Positions 1-276 of a stretch of DNA of 276 nt are shown here, in pieces (position 1 is the stretch's first letter; every line of letters begins with the position of its first letter). The stretch lies in the NCBI RefSeq assembly GCF_003334405.1, contig NZ_QOWM01000072.1; one strand, 5' to 3'. This DNA comes from Escherichia coli. Lineage in GTDB: Bacteria; Pseudomonadota; Gammaproteobacteria; Enterobacterales; Enterobacteriaceae. The notes beneath the pieces are model-generated. The model worked only from the letters and a program-made list of their open reading frames with translations, was not told where the DNA came from and did no database searches. The position numbers were made by a program, and so were the translations under genes.

Positions 1-28
1 GGGAACCTGCGGTTGGATCACCTCCTTA
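1..28 (+). rRNA. rrs: 16S (small subunit) ribosomal RNA, 3'-terminal 28 nt; the gene is truncated at the 5' side by the window edge
   Basis: Seen in sequence: GGGAACCTGCGGTTGGATCACCTCCTTA at 1-28 is the universally conserved bacterial 16S 3' terminus (helix 45 3' strand plus single-stranded tail), with the anti-Shine-Dalgarno core CCTCC at 21-25 and the mature end ...CCTCCTTA-3' at 28. Established knowledge: the E. coli 16S rRNA ends with this sequence. The specific operon (rrsA-H) cannot be assigned from 28 nt. Confidence 0.93.
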
Positions 29-199
29 CCTTAAAGAAGCGTACTTTGCAGTGCTCACACAGATTGTCTGATGAAAAGTGAATAGCAAGGCGTTTACGCG
101 TTGGGAGTGAGGCTGAAGAGAATAAGGCCGTTCGCTTTCTATTAATGAAAGCTCACCCTACACGAAAATATCACGCAACGCGTGATAAGCAATTTTCGT
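29..199 (+). other. 16S-23S internal transcribed spacer (ITS1), 5' portion, of the tRNA-Glu spacer type; transcribed and removed during processing, non-coding
   Basis: Seen in sequence: it lies between the 16S 3' end (28) and the tRNA 5' end (200), and has no long ORF. Established knowledge: enterobacterial rrn operons carry either tRNA-Glu or tRNA-Ile plus tRNA-Ala in this spacer. The spacer text (CCTTAAAGAAGCGTACTTTG...GCTGAAGAGAATAAGGCCGTTCGCTTTCTATTAATGAAAGCTCACCCTACACGAAAATATCACGCAACGCGTGATAAGCAATTTTCGT) matches my recollection of the E. coli tRNA-Glu type spacer; this was not verified by alignment. Confidence 0.85.
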
Positions 200-275
200 G
201 TCCCCTTCGTCTAGAGGCCCAGGACACCGCCCTTTCACGGCGGTAACAGGGGTTCGAATCCCCTAGGGGACGCCA
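200..275 (+). tRNA. tRNA-Glu, anticodon UUC (decodes GAA/GAG), 76 nt with encoded 3' CCA; spacer tRNA of an rrn operon (one of the gltT/gltU/gltV/gltW paralogs in E. coli, paralog not assignable from this window)
   Basis: Seen in sequence, a full cloverleaf folded by hand: acceptor stem 200-206 (GTCCCCT) pairs perfectly with 265-271 (AGGGGAC); discriminator G272; CCA at 273-275; D stem 209-212/222-225 with a 9-nt D loop at 213-221; anticodon stem 227-231 (CCGCC) pairs with 239-243 (GGCGG); 7-nt anticodon loop CTTTCAC at 232-238 with anticodon TTC at 234-236, preceded by T233 and followed by A237; 4-nt variable loop at 244-247; T stem 248-252 (AGGGG) pairs with 260-264 (CCCCT); T loop TTCGAAT at 253-259 (the canonical T-Psi-C-R-A motif). 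Established knowledge: the sequence matches E. coli tRNA-Glu as I recall it. Confidence 0.96.
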
Positions 276-276
276 C

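Noticed and set aside
20-28. Shine-Dalgarno-like sequence that might mark a ribosome-binding site for a downstream gene
   Set aside because: ACCTCCTTA is the anti-Shine-Dalgarno at the 3' end of 16S rRNA (the complement of an SD), not a ribosome-binding site; there is no downstream coding sequence.
60-70. Short 4-bp inverted repeat CAGA/TCTG with a 3-nt loop
   Set aside because: Too short and weak to be distinguished from chance; it may simply be part of the larger processing helix.
71-85. Mini-ORF ATG AAA AGT GAA TAG (4 codons plus stop)
   Set aside because: Too short to be meaningful and located in a transcribed rRNA spacer; a chance occurrence.
131-146. Promoter-like hexamers: TATTAAT at 140-146 resembles a -10 element, with TTCGCT at 131-136 as a possible -35
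   Set aside because: The spacing between the putative -35 and -10 is only about 4 bp, against a required 16-18 bp. The -10-like sequence is the loop of a perfect hairpin within an already transcribed spacer, and no internal promoter is known at this position of rrn operons.
145-246. ATG-initiated open reading frame of 33 codons on the + strand (ATG at 145-147, TAA at 244-246)
   Set aside because: It lies entirely inside the rRNA spacer and runs through the tRNA-Glu gene. There is no Shine-Dalgarno sequence upstream, and its length is in the range expected by chance. Almost certainly spurious.
1-276. Mobile element, CRISPR array or novel defence/accessory system, as hinted by the task framing
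   Set aside because: There are no direct repeats with spacers and no terminal inverted repeats, and the whole window is explained by the 16S 3' end, ITS1 and tRNA-Glu. A tRNA gene can be an integration site for genomic islands, but this tRNA is embedded in an rrn operon and the window ends one base after it, so there is nothing here to support an insertion.

Overview
This window is an internal piece of a bacterial ribosomal RNA (rrn) operon, read on the + strand; I find no evidence of a novel or undescribed system. Positions 1-28 are the 3' end of 16S rRNA, ending in the conserved GGATCACCTCCTTA tail that carries the anti-Shine-Dalgarno CCUCC. Positions 29-199 are the 16S-23S internal transcribed spacer. 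Positions 200-275 are a complete 76-nt tRNA-Glu(UUC) with a genomically encoded CCA end, and position 276 is the first base of the 3' trailer. The arrangement and sequence match, from memory, the tRNA-Glu type spacer of Enterobacteriaceae (Escherichia coli-like) rrn operons; I could not run a database search to confirm this. There are no credible protein-coding regions, mobile elements or CRISPR repeats. The only structure beyond the two RNA genes is a pair of perfect small hairpins in the spacer and the expected processing-stem region, all ordinary for a pre-rRNA transcript.
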